Assembly: GCA_964609085.1 (NCBI GenBank)
Contig: CAZSRZ010000001.1
Location: 658-64,657 of the forward strand
Source: an uncultured bacterium
GTDB taxonomy: Bacteria; Armatimonadota; SYMT01
Length of the DNA: 64,000 nt
Direction: 5' to 3'
Shown here piece after piece: positions 47,108-56,728 of the stretch. Each line of letters starts with the position of its first letter. Within the stretch, counting starts at the first letter, position 1. A program made the position numbers and the translations under genes. The notes beneath the pieces are model-generated. The model was not told where the DNA came from, ran no database searches, and saw nothing but the letters and a program-made list of their open reading frames with translations.

Positions 47108-50100
47108 TTAGAACGGTCTCGTGCCGCTGAAGAAGAATACCCTGCGATTAAAGGGTTGTTCCTGCCGGTAACCGATACGCAGCAGGGGAGTCAACTTGTA
47201 GTAGACCTCCAGGCTCCGCTGCTCCGGAGCCGTCGTCGAGCCGAATTCCTGTGAAAGGACAACGTAGAGTTGATTGACGAGCCGCTTCCCCAGCCGGACA
47301 CGAAGCGGCTGGTAGACGCCAACGTCCAGAGAGAACACGTCCAGTCCGAACGCAGCCTGCACGAAGTCTTCGATGCGACCTGTAATAGCGGTGGCCAGAT
47401 TTGCCGTGAGCGCCTGCTCGAATTGGCTCTGCAGGTTTTCCGCTACGTTAGTTCCGCCTCCGGCGATTCCCTCTGCCCCGAGCTGTTGTCTAATTAAGGA
47501 CTCGATGTCACGGCTCGGCAACGGGGGGTCCGTCCGCACCGTGACGCTCAAGCCCTGCGCAGACCCCAGGGAGAGACCGCTCCCGGCCGCCGAGCCCCGG
47601 ATGGACGTTTCACCTCCGCCGTCCGGTGTGCCTCGGATCTGGAACACGGCGTCGACGTACTCGCTCTCGGATAGAGCGGTGCGTCGGATGGAGAGCGAGG
47701 TGCTTGCCTCGATGTTGACCGAGACGGGCGACGGGGACGGGAAGTCGGGGTCGAGCTTGGAAGCGTCGTAGGCGACCTGAAGCATCCCCGCGGCGTTGCG
47801 CAGGCGGAGGGCGGCGAGCGTGAAGGAGCCGTCGATCACGCGTAGCTCACCGGCGAGGGACGGCAGGCGGAGTGTCCCCCCGGCATTCAGAGCGCCGGAG
47901 AGCCGCAGCCGTGCGATCGGGTTCCGCAGCCACAGCGTCTTTCCGGCAATCAGACTCAGTTGTAACCGGGCGTCGCTCGGAAAGCTCCGCGCCTGGGAGC
48001 CGGTGATGGACTGGAATGCCAGGAGCAGGTTGGCGTTGTCGAAAACGATCCCCCCGGCGATCCTTGGGGAGGGCCAGTCGCCTTCGATCAGCACGGGGGA
48101 GGAGGTGCCGGGACGAGCCGGATCCACTGTCTGGAGGGTGCCCTCGGCCTGAGTCCCCTTGAACTCATCTCCAACCAATCGGCTGATCCTTCGCTCGCTG
48201 AACTTCAGTTGATCGACATCGAGTTCGAGTTGGAGCGATGGCACTATCTGACCGTTGGGCGCGCTCAGCAGTCGGGCGTGTCCTCGCAGCGTCAGTCGCC
48301 CCCCTCTGCTTCCGGTCGCGGTGAACCGGGTGACATCGATCCTGTCTCGATCGAGGTCGATGCGCGCATCGAAGTTCAGCAACTCGGTATCGAGGCCTTG
48401 GTCCCGAATGCGCTCGGCCTGGGCCTCGAAATAACCGCTGTTGCGGGGGTCCTGCTGCGTGCCGCCGAGCACGATCTGTCCGCCAAAGTCGCCCCCGGTA
48501 GGGGCCAGGCGACTGAGCGCTTCGGTGAGGGGCCGCAATCGGCTCGCCTGACCTTGTGTTGCTGCTGCGAGTTCATCCGCCTCGTTGGCCAGGGCGGTCA
48601 AGTTGGCCAAGGACTGCCGGGGGACCGTGATCGTCACAGTTCTTGGTCCAGTCGGCGGCCAGGTGCCGTCTTGCCAGGGCAGCGCGATGACCCCGCTGGC
48701 CGTCAGCAGCGACTGCGGCGACAGTTCCGACGTGGTGCGATCCAGCCTGGCCTGACGGAAGACGAGTTGTCCGGTAGCGGCTGAGTAGCTCAGGCCATTG
48801 AGGACGGCGGCGGCGAAAGGCAGCCCCCCGATCACGGGGCGATCGATCCGAAGATCAGCCAGCAATCCAGGTTTTTCTGCGGTTCCCTGCACGGATGCTG
48901 AACCGGAGAGTTGACCTCCCAGTGGGGCGAACTGGAGCAGTCGCCGACGGAGCCCCCGGATCGGGAGCGATACGAGAGCGTCGATGTCCAGGTTTTTGGC
49001 CTCAATCTTGAATAGAGTCTCGCCGCCCCCGGGTTTGTTGCGGTCCCAAGCCCCGCTCACGGCGAGAGCTGAACTTCGGCTACCCCCTCCTTCAACTGGC
49101 TGCGTGCGTCTCAGCACCGCCCGAGAAACCTCAAGCCGCTTTGCATCGTAGCTGAACTCTGACTCCAGGTCCGACTCCGGAGCGTCGACCGAGCCGAGCA
49201 GCGAGAGATCCGTGATTCTGACGGTGCCGGAGAACGCCCGTGTGACGTTTCCGGCAAGGCAGTCGTCGAGCAGCCTGGTTGCCGCCCCCGGGACACTTCC
49301 ACCAGTCAGCCCCGTGCTGCCCATTGCCGCTGTAAGGGTGCCATCCAGAGGCTGGGTCCACTGGGCCAGAGCTTCGCGGATGCCGACCGCGCCCCCACTC
49401 TCGTACCAGGGGCTGTCTTCCACGAGCTGACGAAGCACACCCGCCGGAACCTCTTCAAACCTCAACTCGCCAAACACCTGCTCAGTCCACTCCGATTGTG
49501 CGGACATCCCGGCGGTTCTGATCGCGAAGGCCTGGGAACGTAGGCGCCCTGAGCCCAACGGAACATCCAATCCGCCCAGCGCCATCCCCTCGGGCCTCCA
49601 TGCGACCTGCAGGTCCCGCACAGGCACCGCGCGACCATTCACCAGGACATCCGCCGTGCTGACGATGCCGTGGACCCGCGGAGCAGCCCCGGAACCGGAG
49701 ACGTGCAGCTCGATCCCCAACCCCTTCACCTCGACCGTCGCATACTCCGCCAGTTCCGTCGCGTAGCGCTGAACGAGGCTGGTGGCCCTAAGTCCTTCCC
49801 CACGGATGCGAAGCTGGGGACGAAGGCTCTCGGCCCACTCGTCCCGCGTTTCCACGGTCCCGGCTGGCCGAGGAGTGGACGCGGGAACCCAGGCGACGGA
49901 TCCATCGACTTTTAGGTCACCGAGGGGAGTCTCCGCCGTCGCGGTGAGGTCACGGAGAATCTGCTTCCCAGCGTCCCAGTGGCCCGCGACACGCACGGGA
50001 CCGAGGTCCTCTCGATAGGCGGCGACGCGCGGTGAGTCTATGTCGAAATCGATCTGCGCATCGGCCAGGGTTCCGGACCAGCGCACCTCTACCTGCGAGA

Positions 50101-52417
50101 GGTCGCCCGACAGCGGAGGCAACTCGCGAGGTGAATCGTCTCGATCTGCGAGCCGGAGGAGTTGGCCGACACTTCCCCCCGTCACCGATGCCGAGCCATG
50201 CACCGCAACGGGGCGATCCTTGCTGTCCAGAGTGGTGATCGTCATGCTCGGAATCACCGCCTGAAGCGGATCCCGAATCAACCTGCCGTTGGTAATCAAC
50301 AGGCTGCGCTTCGCCGCCCAACTGAACTCGCCTCCCGCGTAGTCCAACCACCTGCCGGCGACCGACAGGTGATAGGCGTCGAAGCGACCATCCACGTCCG
50401 GCGCTTCGATGGTACCCCCGACGTGGGCAGAGAGCAGACCGCTGCCGGTCAGCTCCGACCCAGGGGGTCGGATACGTTCCGGCAGGGTGGCGAGATCCAC
50501 CGGACCGGCACTCAGGTGGAGATCGAGGGGTCCATCACGATCCACCTGTACGGATGCCTGAACAGGCACGTCTCCCCAGCGAAGCGCGCCACGAGACACA
50601 CGCAGGCTCTTGCCGTCCCACCCCAACCGTGCCGTTAGGTCGGTGAGCAGCTCGGAGGAGGCGACCACGGCCGGCGACTCCACCTGGCCGTCGAAGGCCC
50701 AGTCGGTCTGCGTCCCTGTGATCCGGAAGTCGCCGCCGAATCGACCGGAAGCAATTAGCCTCTCGGGCAATTGCGGCACCCGCTCCAGGAGCAGATCGCG
50801 GGCACTCCCACTGAGGTCGAGGACGCCGGGTGTCGTAGCGGTATCAACACGGCCCGCCAGGGAGAACTCCCCTCCCAGGCCTCTTGCACGGCCGCGGAGG
50901 TAGACCAGCCTGTCGCGGACGTGGAACTCCCCAGACAGCGACTCGGCAGCCGCCCCCATCCATTTCGCGCTCCGGACGCGGACGTTGCCAGCGATGTCGA
51001 CCCGGTCGGACTTCACCAGGTGGAAGGCCGCTGACCCAGGCCCGAGGAGAGCTTCGTCAAACCGACCACCCGGAAACGCACCCCGACCGTCCACCACCAG
51101 GCGGGAGCCGACGACGTCGATCCGGCAGGAAACGGATTCCGCCAGATCCAGCTTCAGCGCCTCGGGCAGTGTGACTTCCGGCACCAGTGCCTGAAGGGCC
51201 GTCTGCTCGAATCGCCGAGAGCTTAGGCGCAGGCGAAGCCGGGAATCGGCAAGCACCGCACCCCGTATCCACTCGCCTCCGACGGTGGTTCGGACTCCAC
51301 CGGCGGCCGCACGCCCGTCGAAGCTCACCAGCACGGGATCGATGTTGACCACCGCATCCGCGATCTGAATCGGAGACCGAATGCTCTTGGTGTGGATCAC
51401 GCCCGAGGGCGCTCTCACCCCGAGTGAGAAGCCCACGCCCGGGGATGGACCCTGCCCGCCTCCCCAGGCGGAGAGCTCGATCTCGCCCCGTCCCGAGTCG
51501 ACTCCGAAGGCGTCACTGGGCCGCACCCAGTACCGGTACCAGTAGGCGAGGTCGTTGCTTCGGCCGGCGACTCGGGCGTACCATCGCGAAGTCGCCGCCT
51601 GCTGGAACCCCTCCACCGCCAGCGGGCCTCCGTGGGGGCCCTCGACGATCACCTCGCTTCCGAAGCCGATGCGAGGATATGCGGAAAACTGCAGTTCGAG
51701 GTCCCCGCGGGCGACGTTGCGTTGGGCGGTCGCAAAGCCGACAGCTCGCGCATCCGTAAAAGCAACGGTTCCGCCCCGAAGTCGCACTGCTCCACGATAG
51801 GCACTGGGTTTTTTGGAGCGAAGTAGCCGCAGCAGTGGATCAAAACTCCACCCGCCGCCGGCTCGCCGCTCGATCTCGAGAGCGGGCTGGTCGACGATAA
51901 TGTCCCCCACGGCTGAGGCGACTTCGACTCCCTCTCTCGTCAAGGCCCCCAGGTCAATGGTTGTCTCGGCGGCCGATGCCGAAAAGAGCTTACGCCCGGG
52001 GAGTGGTGCCGGGTACCAGGCCGTCACTCCTTCCAGACGCACGCGCGCACGGGCCTGCAGGGCGGGCAAAGGTGGGACCCATCGCTGGATCGAGGCGAGC
52101 GTGGGATCGTACCGGGCGACTAATCGGTCGATCTTGAGCAGCGTGCCGTCGGCGAACGTGCGGCCTCGCGAGACCGTGATGCGCTTGGCAATCAGCAATC
52201 CGGGACGGCGGTAGTCCAGTTCCGCGATCCGAACCTCTCGCTTGAGCATCGCCTCCAGGCGAAAGACCAGGGAGGGGGCGATCTGTTCCATCGCCTGCTC
52301 GGCGCGCAGACGAACAACCCGGAAGATGGTCGCGCCGAGCACAACCATCAGACCCAGGGATAGCCAGGCTGCCTTCGCGCTCCCCCGATTGTTCATCGAG
52401 ACCGGTTCGCCCCCCAA
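47108..52417 (-). CDS. tamB: TamB/AsmA-like giant inner-membrane-anchored translocation and assembly module protein (DUF490 C-terminus)
   Basis: About 1769 aa. N-terminal signal anchor, a long beta-rich repetitive body, and the C-terminal DUF490-like segment (...LEVYYKLTPLLRIGYRQE...). Confidence 0.75.
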   Translation of the reverse strand: MGGEPVSMNNRGSAKAAWLSLGLMVVLGATIFRVVRLRAEQAMEQIAPSLVFRLEAMLKREVRIAELDYRRPGLLIAKRITVSRGRTFADGTLLKIDRLVARYDPTLASIQRWVPPLPALQARARVRLEGVTAWYPAPLPGRKLFSASAAETTIDLGALTREGVEVASAVGDIIVDQPALEIERRAGGGWSFDPLLRLLRSKKPSAYRGAVRLRGGTVAFTDARAVGFATAQRNVARGDLELQFSAYPRIGFGSEVIVEGPHGGPLAVEGFQQAATSRWYARVAGRSNDLAYWYRYWVRPSDAFGVDSGRGEIELSAWGGGQGPSPGVGFSLGVRAPSGVIHTKSIRSPIQIADAVVNIDPVLVSFDGRAAAGGVRTTVGGEWIRGAVLADSRLRLRLSSRRFEQTALQALVPEVTLPEALKLDLAESVSCRIDVVGSRLVVDGRGAFPGGRFDEALLGPGSAAFHLVKSDRVDIAGNVRVRSAKWMGAAAESLSGEFHVRDRLVYLRGRARGLGGEFSLAGRVDTATTPGVLDLSGSARDLLLERVPQLPERLIASGRFGGDFRITGTQTDWAFDGQVESPAVVASSELLTDLTARLGWDGKSLRVSRGALRWGDVPVQASVQVDRDGPLDLHLSAGPVDLATLPERIRPPGSELTGSGLLSAHVGGTIEAPDVDGRFDAYHLSVAGRWLDYAGGEFSWAAKRSLLITNGRLIRDPLQAVIPSMTITTLDSKDRPVAVHGSASVTGGSVGQLLRLADRDDSPRELPPLSGDLSQVEVRWSGTLADAQIDFDIDSPRVAAYREDLGPVRVAGHWDAGKQILRDLTATAETPLGDLKVDGSVAWVPASTPRPAGTVETRDEWAESLRPQLRIRGEGLRATSLVQRYATELAEYATVEVKGLGIELHVSGSGAAPRVHGIVSTADVLVNGRAVPVRDLQVAWRPEGMALGGLDVPLGSGRLRSQAFAIRTAGMSAQSEWTEQVFGELRFEEVPAGVLRQLVEDSPWYESGGAVGIREALAQWTQPLDGTLTAAMGSTGLTGGSVPGAATRLLDDCLAGNVTRAFSGTVRITDLSLLGSVDAPESDLESEFSYDAKRLEVSRAVLRRTQPVEGGGSRSSALAVSGAWDRNKPGGGETLFKIEAKNLDIDALVSLPIRGLRRRLLQFAPLGGQLSGSASVQGTAEKPGLLADLRIDRPVIGGLPFAAAVLNGLSYSAATGQLVFRQARLDRTTSELSPQSLLTASGVIALPWQDGTWPPTGPRTVTITVPRQSLANLTALANEADELAAATQGQASRLRPLTEALSRLAPTGGDFGGQIVLGGTQQDPRNSGYFEAQAERIRDQGLDTELLNFDARIDLDRDRIDVTRFTATGSRGGRLTLRGHARLLSAPNGQIVPSLQLELDVDQLKFSERRISRLVGDEFKGTQAEGTLQTVDPARPGTSSPVLIEGDWPSPRIAGGIVFDNANLLLAFQSITGSQARSFPSDARLQLSLIAGKTLWLRNPIARLRLSGALNAGGTLRLPSLAGELRVIDGSFTLAALRLRNAAGMLQVAYDASKLDPDFPSPSPVSVNIEASTSLSIRRTALSESEYVDAVFQIRGTPDGGGETSIRGSAAGSGLSLGSAQGLSVTVRTDPPLPSRDIESLIRQQLGAEGIAGGGTNVAENLQSQFEQALTANLATAITGRIEDFVQAAFGLDVFSLDVGVYQPLRVRLGKRLVNQLYVVLSQEFGSTTAPEQRSLEVYYKLTPLLRIGYRQEQPFNRRVFFFSGTRPF

Positions 52418-52545
52418 AGACGGGCCGAAGCCCGCCCCGTGTCGTCAAAGACTTCAGTCTATGTTAGCGGTCACATCCGCCTCGGACACAGCCCCAAGCC
52501 CATGGAGTGCGCGGCTGTCCAAGTTTGCGGCGACAACTTATACAC

Positions 52546-53310
52546 TCACAAGCGGGCCAGGAGGCCCCCGTCGACAAAGAACGGGCAGCCGTTGACGAAC
52601 GAGGCTCCTGGTGACGCGAGCCACACCATCGCCGAGGCGAGCTCTTCCGGTTCCCCCACCCGCCCGATCCGGCCTGGATCCGTGCTGAAGCCCAGTGCGT
52701 CCAGGGTGGAATGCTGCCGCTCGGCGTGGGCTCGCAGCATCGCCGTGTCCACGGCCCCGGGAACGACCGGGATCACCCGGATCCGGTCTGGGGCAAACTC
52801 AATTGCCATCTGGCGAGACAGGGCAACCACCCCACCCTTTGACGCCGCGTAGGCCGCCACGCCGACCGTCGTGGCGAAGGCGTGAGGGGACGCCACGTTT
52901 AGAATGACCCCACCGTTGACGCGCAGATGCGGGATGGCCGCCTGACTGATGAGGAACACGCTCTTCAGGTTGATGGCCAGCACGCGATCCCATTCGGTCT
53001 CGCTCAGTGTGGCTACGCTGCCGTCAAACTGGCCCACAGCAGCGACGTTGGCGACCACATCGATTCGCCCTCCCCACCCCGCCGCGGCCGCGACCCAGTC
53101 CCGACACTCCCCGGCTCTTGCGACATCCACCCGGGTGCACTGGACGGCGTCCGCGCCGTGCGCATCCGCTACGAGCCGTTCGGTGGCGGCCAGGCCTTCG
53201 ACGTTGATGTCGGAGATAGCGACGCTATAGCCCGCAGCACCGAAGCCGAGTGCCGTAGCTCGGCCGATCCCAGCCGCCGCGCCGCTGATGAGTGCCACAG
53301 GACGGCTCAT
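52546..53310 (-). CDS. SDR family oxidoreductase
   Basis: Internal Met MSRPVALISGAAAGIGRA (TGxxxGxG-like), NVAAVG, YxxxK (YAASK). Start ATG overlaps the LarA-like stop (ATGA). Confidence 0.8.
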   Translation of the reverse strand: MSRPVALISGAAAGIGRATALGFGAAGYSVAISDINVEGLAATERLVADAHGADAVQCTRVDVARAGECRDWVAAAAGWGGRIDVVANVAAVGQFDGSVATLSETEWDRVLAINLKSVFLISQAAIPHLRVNGGVILNVASPHAFATTVGVAAYAASKGGVVALSRQMAIEFAPDRIRVIPVVPGAVDTAMLRAHAERQHSTLDALGFSTDPGRIGRVGEPEELASAMVWLASPGASFVNGCPFFVDGGLLARL

Positions 53311-54599
53311 CCCTCTCCTCCCTGCCCGACATAGGGGAGAACATATGGCCCCTTGGGGATCACCGCAATCTTCGCAGATGGGCCGTGCCGATCCAGCGCC
53401 TCCGAGATGCCTGCCTCCACCGAAGACACTGGGCGGATGAAGCACTCGGACAGTTGCGCAGCTTCGATGCCCTCGGTGAACATCAGGATCTCTGCATTAC
53501 GGGTAGCTTTCCAGAGTTCGTGAACTTCCCACTGGTCCGGCACGAAGAAGCCGGGCTCGTAGGTGCGCCGGACAAATGCCTCCAGGTCTTGCTCATCCAG
53601 CAGAGTCTCGGCGAACTCGCGGCTCCCGATACCCTCGGCGCAGCGAGCGGCGATGATCAGAGTTCCCCCCGGGCGCAGGATCGGGATCGCGCCGACCATC
53701 CCCTTCACCGCCTGATAGAGCGTCAGGTCCAGCGGGTATCCCGCGCATGTGGTGATGACAATCTCAACCGGCGCCGTGATCGGGGCGCGGGCCGTAGCGG
53801 CAGCCCGACGGGTACCCTCGAGCCAGGCCGCCTCCACGTCTCCCGCGAAAATGCCGGTGATCCGGCGCTGCTCGTCGAGCGTCACATCGCAGATGAAATG
53901 GAGCCCGGCGGATCGAGCTGTGAAGAGACTGTCTTCGTGCACGGGGTTTCCATTCACCGATCCGCTCTCGGACAGGTCGTGCCCGATGAAGCGCGGCCCG
54001 TGCCAGACTTTCACCGTCTCCATCGAGCAGATGCCCGGGCAGATGTTCTTGCGGCCGCCGCTGTAGCCGGCCATGAAATGCGGCTCTATGAGTGCCGAGG
54101 AAACTCGAAGCTCCGCCTCCACAAAGCGCCGATCGACCCACATCGGAACCCCGCGCGGCGTGTCGCCCAGGTAGAGATGCGAAGGGTCGTCACGAGCGTC
54201 GTGGTTCTCAATTCGGTAGCGGCCGAAAACCTGGTCCCCCACCATCTGCCGCAACTCCTCCGGGGTGTTGCCGCGGTGGGTGCCCGTTGCATTCAAGATG
54301 ACGATCGCGGATCTGGGGACACCCGCTGACTCAATCGTGCTCAGGATCGGCGGCAGCAGAACCGAGTTCGGGACAGGGCGCGTAATGTCCGAGATCACCA
54401 CGCAGGCGGATCTCTTCCCCCGCGCCAGCTCCAGTAGCGGGGGCGCACCGATGGGAAAAGCCAGCGCGTGCTGCACCGCCGTCGGAGCTGAGTCGATCGG
54501 CGGCACCGGATGGATACCCAGCACCGCCGCGAGGTTGGCATCCGGGACATCCACCCAAAGCCCATCCCGACCGTAGTCCAGCCGAATTCTCATCCTCAA
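53307..54599 (-). CDS. LarA-like (lactate racemase family, nickel-pincer cofactor-dependent) protein
   Basis: 430 aa. Conserved N-terminal domain blocks (IRLDYG...VDVPDANL, ILNATGTHR) and His-containing catalytic-region blocks typical of the LarA family. Confidence 0.7.
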   Translation of the reverse strand: MRMRIRLDYGRDGLWVDVPDANLAAVLGIHPVPPIDSAPTAVQHALAFPIGAPPLLELARGKRSACVVISDITRPVPNSVLLPPILSTIESAGVPRSAIVILNATGTHRGNTPEELRQMVGDQVFGRYRIENHDARDDPSHLYLGDTPRGVPMWVDRRFVEAELRVSSALIEPHFMAGYSGGRKNICPGICSMETVKVWHGPRFIGHDLSESGSVNGNPVHEDSLFTARSAGLHFICDVTLDEQRRITGIFAGDVEAAWLEGTRRAAATARAPITAPVEIVITTCAGYPLDLTLYQAVKGMVGAIPILRPGGTLIIAARCAEGIGSREFAETLLDEQDLEAFVRRTYEPGFFVPDQWEVHELWKATRNAEILMFTEGIEAAQLSECFIRPVSSVEAGISEALDRHGPSAKIAVIPKGPYVLPYVGQGGEG

Positions 54600-54611
54600 A
54601 CCTTCCTCGGC

Positions 54612-55700
54612 CTAGCGAACCTTGCCTCTGGCCTCCACACGCCACTGGTCCACGATCTCGCCTCCCCGGTGCACCCACATCTCATCGTGCATGTTCACGA
54701 CGACGCAGACGTGATTCGGGATGACGTGCAGCCTGTCGCCGACCCGATGGGTCCTGCTGGCCGACGCGAGGGAGACATACCCATGCTCCTCGTTCATCTT
54801 TTCGAGGACGAGGCCGGGATCTTCCACGAAATGGCCAAACCCCTTCCCCTCTCCCGTCAGGTCGCTCGTAAAGGTCTTCGAACCACCATCCACGATGATC
54901 TGCCCCGGCACCGCTGTGCTCACGACCGTGACCGCCATTTGGAGTGCGCAGTCACTCCAGGTCACCAGGCCGCTCGCCACCATATTGCGGTCGTTGAAGA
55001 CGTAGGTCCCACTGCGATTCTCGGTGATCGAGGGCGCCATGGCGGAGTGGTAGAGCAATGGGGACGATCCGCCGCTGATCACATCCACCGGCAGCCCGAG
55101 CCTGCGAAGTCGTTCATCGAGGGCGGCTATCTTTGCGTCTTCCTCCCGCAGCATGGTTTCACGCTCGGCGCGCGTCCCGCGGATGTGGCCCTGATAGGTC
55201 ATGATGCCCCGTAGTTTCAGTCCGGGAATCCCGTCGACCCTTTGACACAGGGATTCCAGATCGCGTCCGGGGGCCACTCCGCACCGACCCATCCCCGTGT
55301 CGACCTCGACGAGCACGCCGACCTCCAGCCCCGTCCCCGCCATGTAGCTGGAGATCCCCTCCGCCACCTCCAGGGTGTCCAGCACGACGGTGATCCGGCA
55401 CCGTTCGGCAAGTCCGGCAAGTCGCGCCAACTTTGCCCGTCCCCAGATCGGGTAGGCAATCATCAGGTCGGTGAGTCCCGCATTCGCCATCACCTCCGCC
55501 TCCCCAAGCTTGGCGCAGGTGAGCCCGACCGCACCAAGGTCCACCTGCCGACGAGCGATCTGCGGCATCTTGTGGGTCTTGATGTGTGGGCGGAAGGCGA
55601 TGCAGTTCTCGCTCAGGTAGGACTGTGCCCGGGCGAGGTTGTGCTCCAGGCGGTCCAGGTCCAGGACCAGCGCCGGGGTGTCAAGTTCGTGGATGTGCAT
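54612..55700 (-). CDS. DSD1 / D-threonine-aldolase-like PLP enzyme (alanine-racemase N-terminal domain family)
   Basis: Start MHIHELDTPALVLDLDRLEHNL. The PLP-lysine block RPHIKTHK matches the alanine-racemase-fold family. C-terminal domain with HVCVVVNMHDE. Confidence 0.75.
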   Translation of the reverse strand: MHIHELDTPALVLDLDRLEHNLARAQSYLSENCIAFRPHIKTHKMPQIARRQVDLGAVGLTCAKLGEAEVMANAGLTDLMIAYPIWGRAKLARLAGLAERCRITVVLDTLEVAEGISSYMAGTGLEVGVLVEVDTGMGRCGVAPGRDLESLCQRVDGIPGLKLRGIMTYQGHIRGTRAERETMLREEDAKIAALDERLRRLGLPVDVISGGSSPLLYHSAMAPSITENRSGTYVFNDRNMVASGLVTWSDCALQMAVTVVSTAVPGQIIVDGGSKTFTSDLTGEGKGFGHFVEDPGLVLEKMNEEHGYVSLASASRTHRVGDRLHVIPNHVCVVVNMHDEMWVHRGGEIVDQWRVEARGKVR

Positions 55701-55926
55701 GGGGTCTCCGAACGCAGGGACGGTCAATGGGCGTCCATCCGTCGCCCGGAGTCTTGACCTCGGCGGCACCGTGAACCTCCTCGATTCACCGGCTAATAGA
55801 GTTGGGCGCCTGGGGACTACGTCCGCAGGCTCACGCCCTGGCCTTCTTCTCCGCCGCCTGTCGGCGATGAGGCGGATGGGAGCAACGGTTGACGCTGAGC
55901 CGCACCGGGAAACAGACTCGTAGGGG

Positions 55927-56244
55927 GTGCTTCACCAGGAAGGGATGGAGATGGATCTGACGGTCGATGAGGCCCAACGCCGCTGGGAGCAGGGTGCCGT
56001 TCTGCTCGACGTGCGCACGGACGAGGAATACCGGGGCGCGCACATCCCGGGATCCGTCCACATCCCGTTGGATCAGTTGCGATCCCGCTATCAGGAGTTG
56101 GATCCGGAAGCCGAGACGCTGGTGATTTGCGCCCACGGCGTGCGGAGTGCAGCCTGCGCGGACTGGCTCGCGCGGCAGGGGTTCACAGCCGTAGCCAACA
56201 TCCGGCACGGACTCAGCGCCTGGAGCGGCCCGCTCTCTCAGTGA
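55927..56244 (+). CDS. Rhodanese-like sulfurtransferase (single domain)
   Basis: 105 aa. Active-site loop CAHGVRS with the catalytic Cys. Confidence 0.8.
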   Translation: MLHQEGMEMDLTVDEAQRRWEQGAVLLDVRTDEEYRGAHIPGSVHIPLDQLRSRYQELDPEAETLVICAHGVRSAACADWLARQGFTAVANIRHGLSAWSGPLSQ

Positions 56245-56257
56245 GCCGGAACCGACC

Positions 56258-56587
56258 CTACTCCGCTTTGAAGGACTGGCCGCAACCGCAGGTGGAAACC
56301 GCATTCGGATTCTCCACCTTGAAACCCTGGCCCAGAAGCGCGTCGTCCACGTAGTCGACGCTGGCGCCTTGAAGGTATGGATAGCTCATCGAGTCAACCA
56401 GCACCTTCAGACCGTCGAACTCATAGACTTCATCGTCCTCGGACGAACTCTCTTCGAGCTGCATCTGATACTTGAAACCGGAGCAACCGCCCCCCGCGAT
56501 GTAGATCCGCAGCCCGGCCTCGGGCTGACCCTGTCCCTCGCGGATCTCCTTCACCTTGGAGACGGCCGTATCTGTCAGCGTAATCAT
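56258..56587 (-). CDS. A-type Fe-S cluster carrier (IscA/ErpA/HesB family)
   Basis: 109 aa from internal Met MITLTD. Conserved Cys triad (GGGCSGF ... CGCGQSF). Confidence 0.85.
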   Translation of the reverse strand: MITLTDTAVSKVKEIREGQGQPEAGLRIYIAGGGCSGFKYQMQLEESSSEDDEVYEFDGLKVLVDSMSYPYLQGASVDYVDDALLGQGFKVENPNAVSTCGCGQSFKAE

Positions 56588-56728
56588 CGGTTTTCTACTC
56601 CCACCGAACCCGCGGTCACTCTCCCGGGATCGTTCGCCGCCTGAGTATATCCGTGGGTGATCCCACGGTAAATGTCGGTGCCCGCTGCCCAGCCATCCCT
56701 CCTCTCGCTCAGCAAACGGAACGTATCC

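Noticed and set aside
53292-54329. 345-aa plus-strand ORF antisense to the LarA-like gene, and 54510..55214 / 55242..55757 antisense to the DSD1-like gene
   Set aside because: Antisense shadows without motifs. The sense genes have strong family signatures and operon-like coupling.
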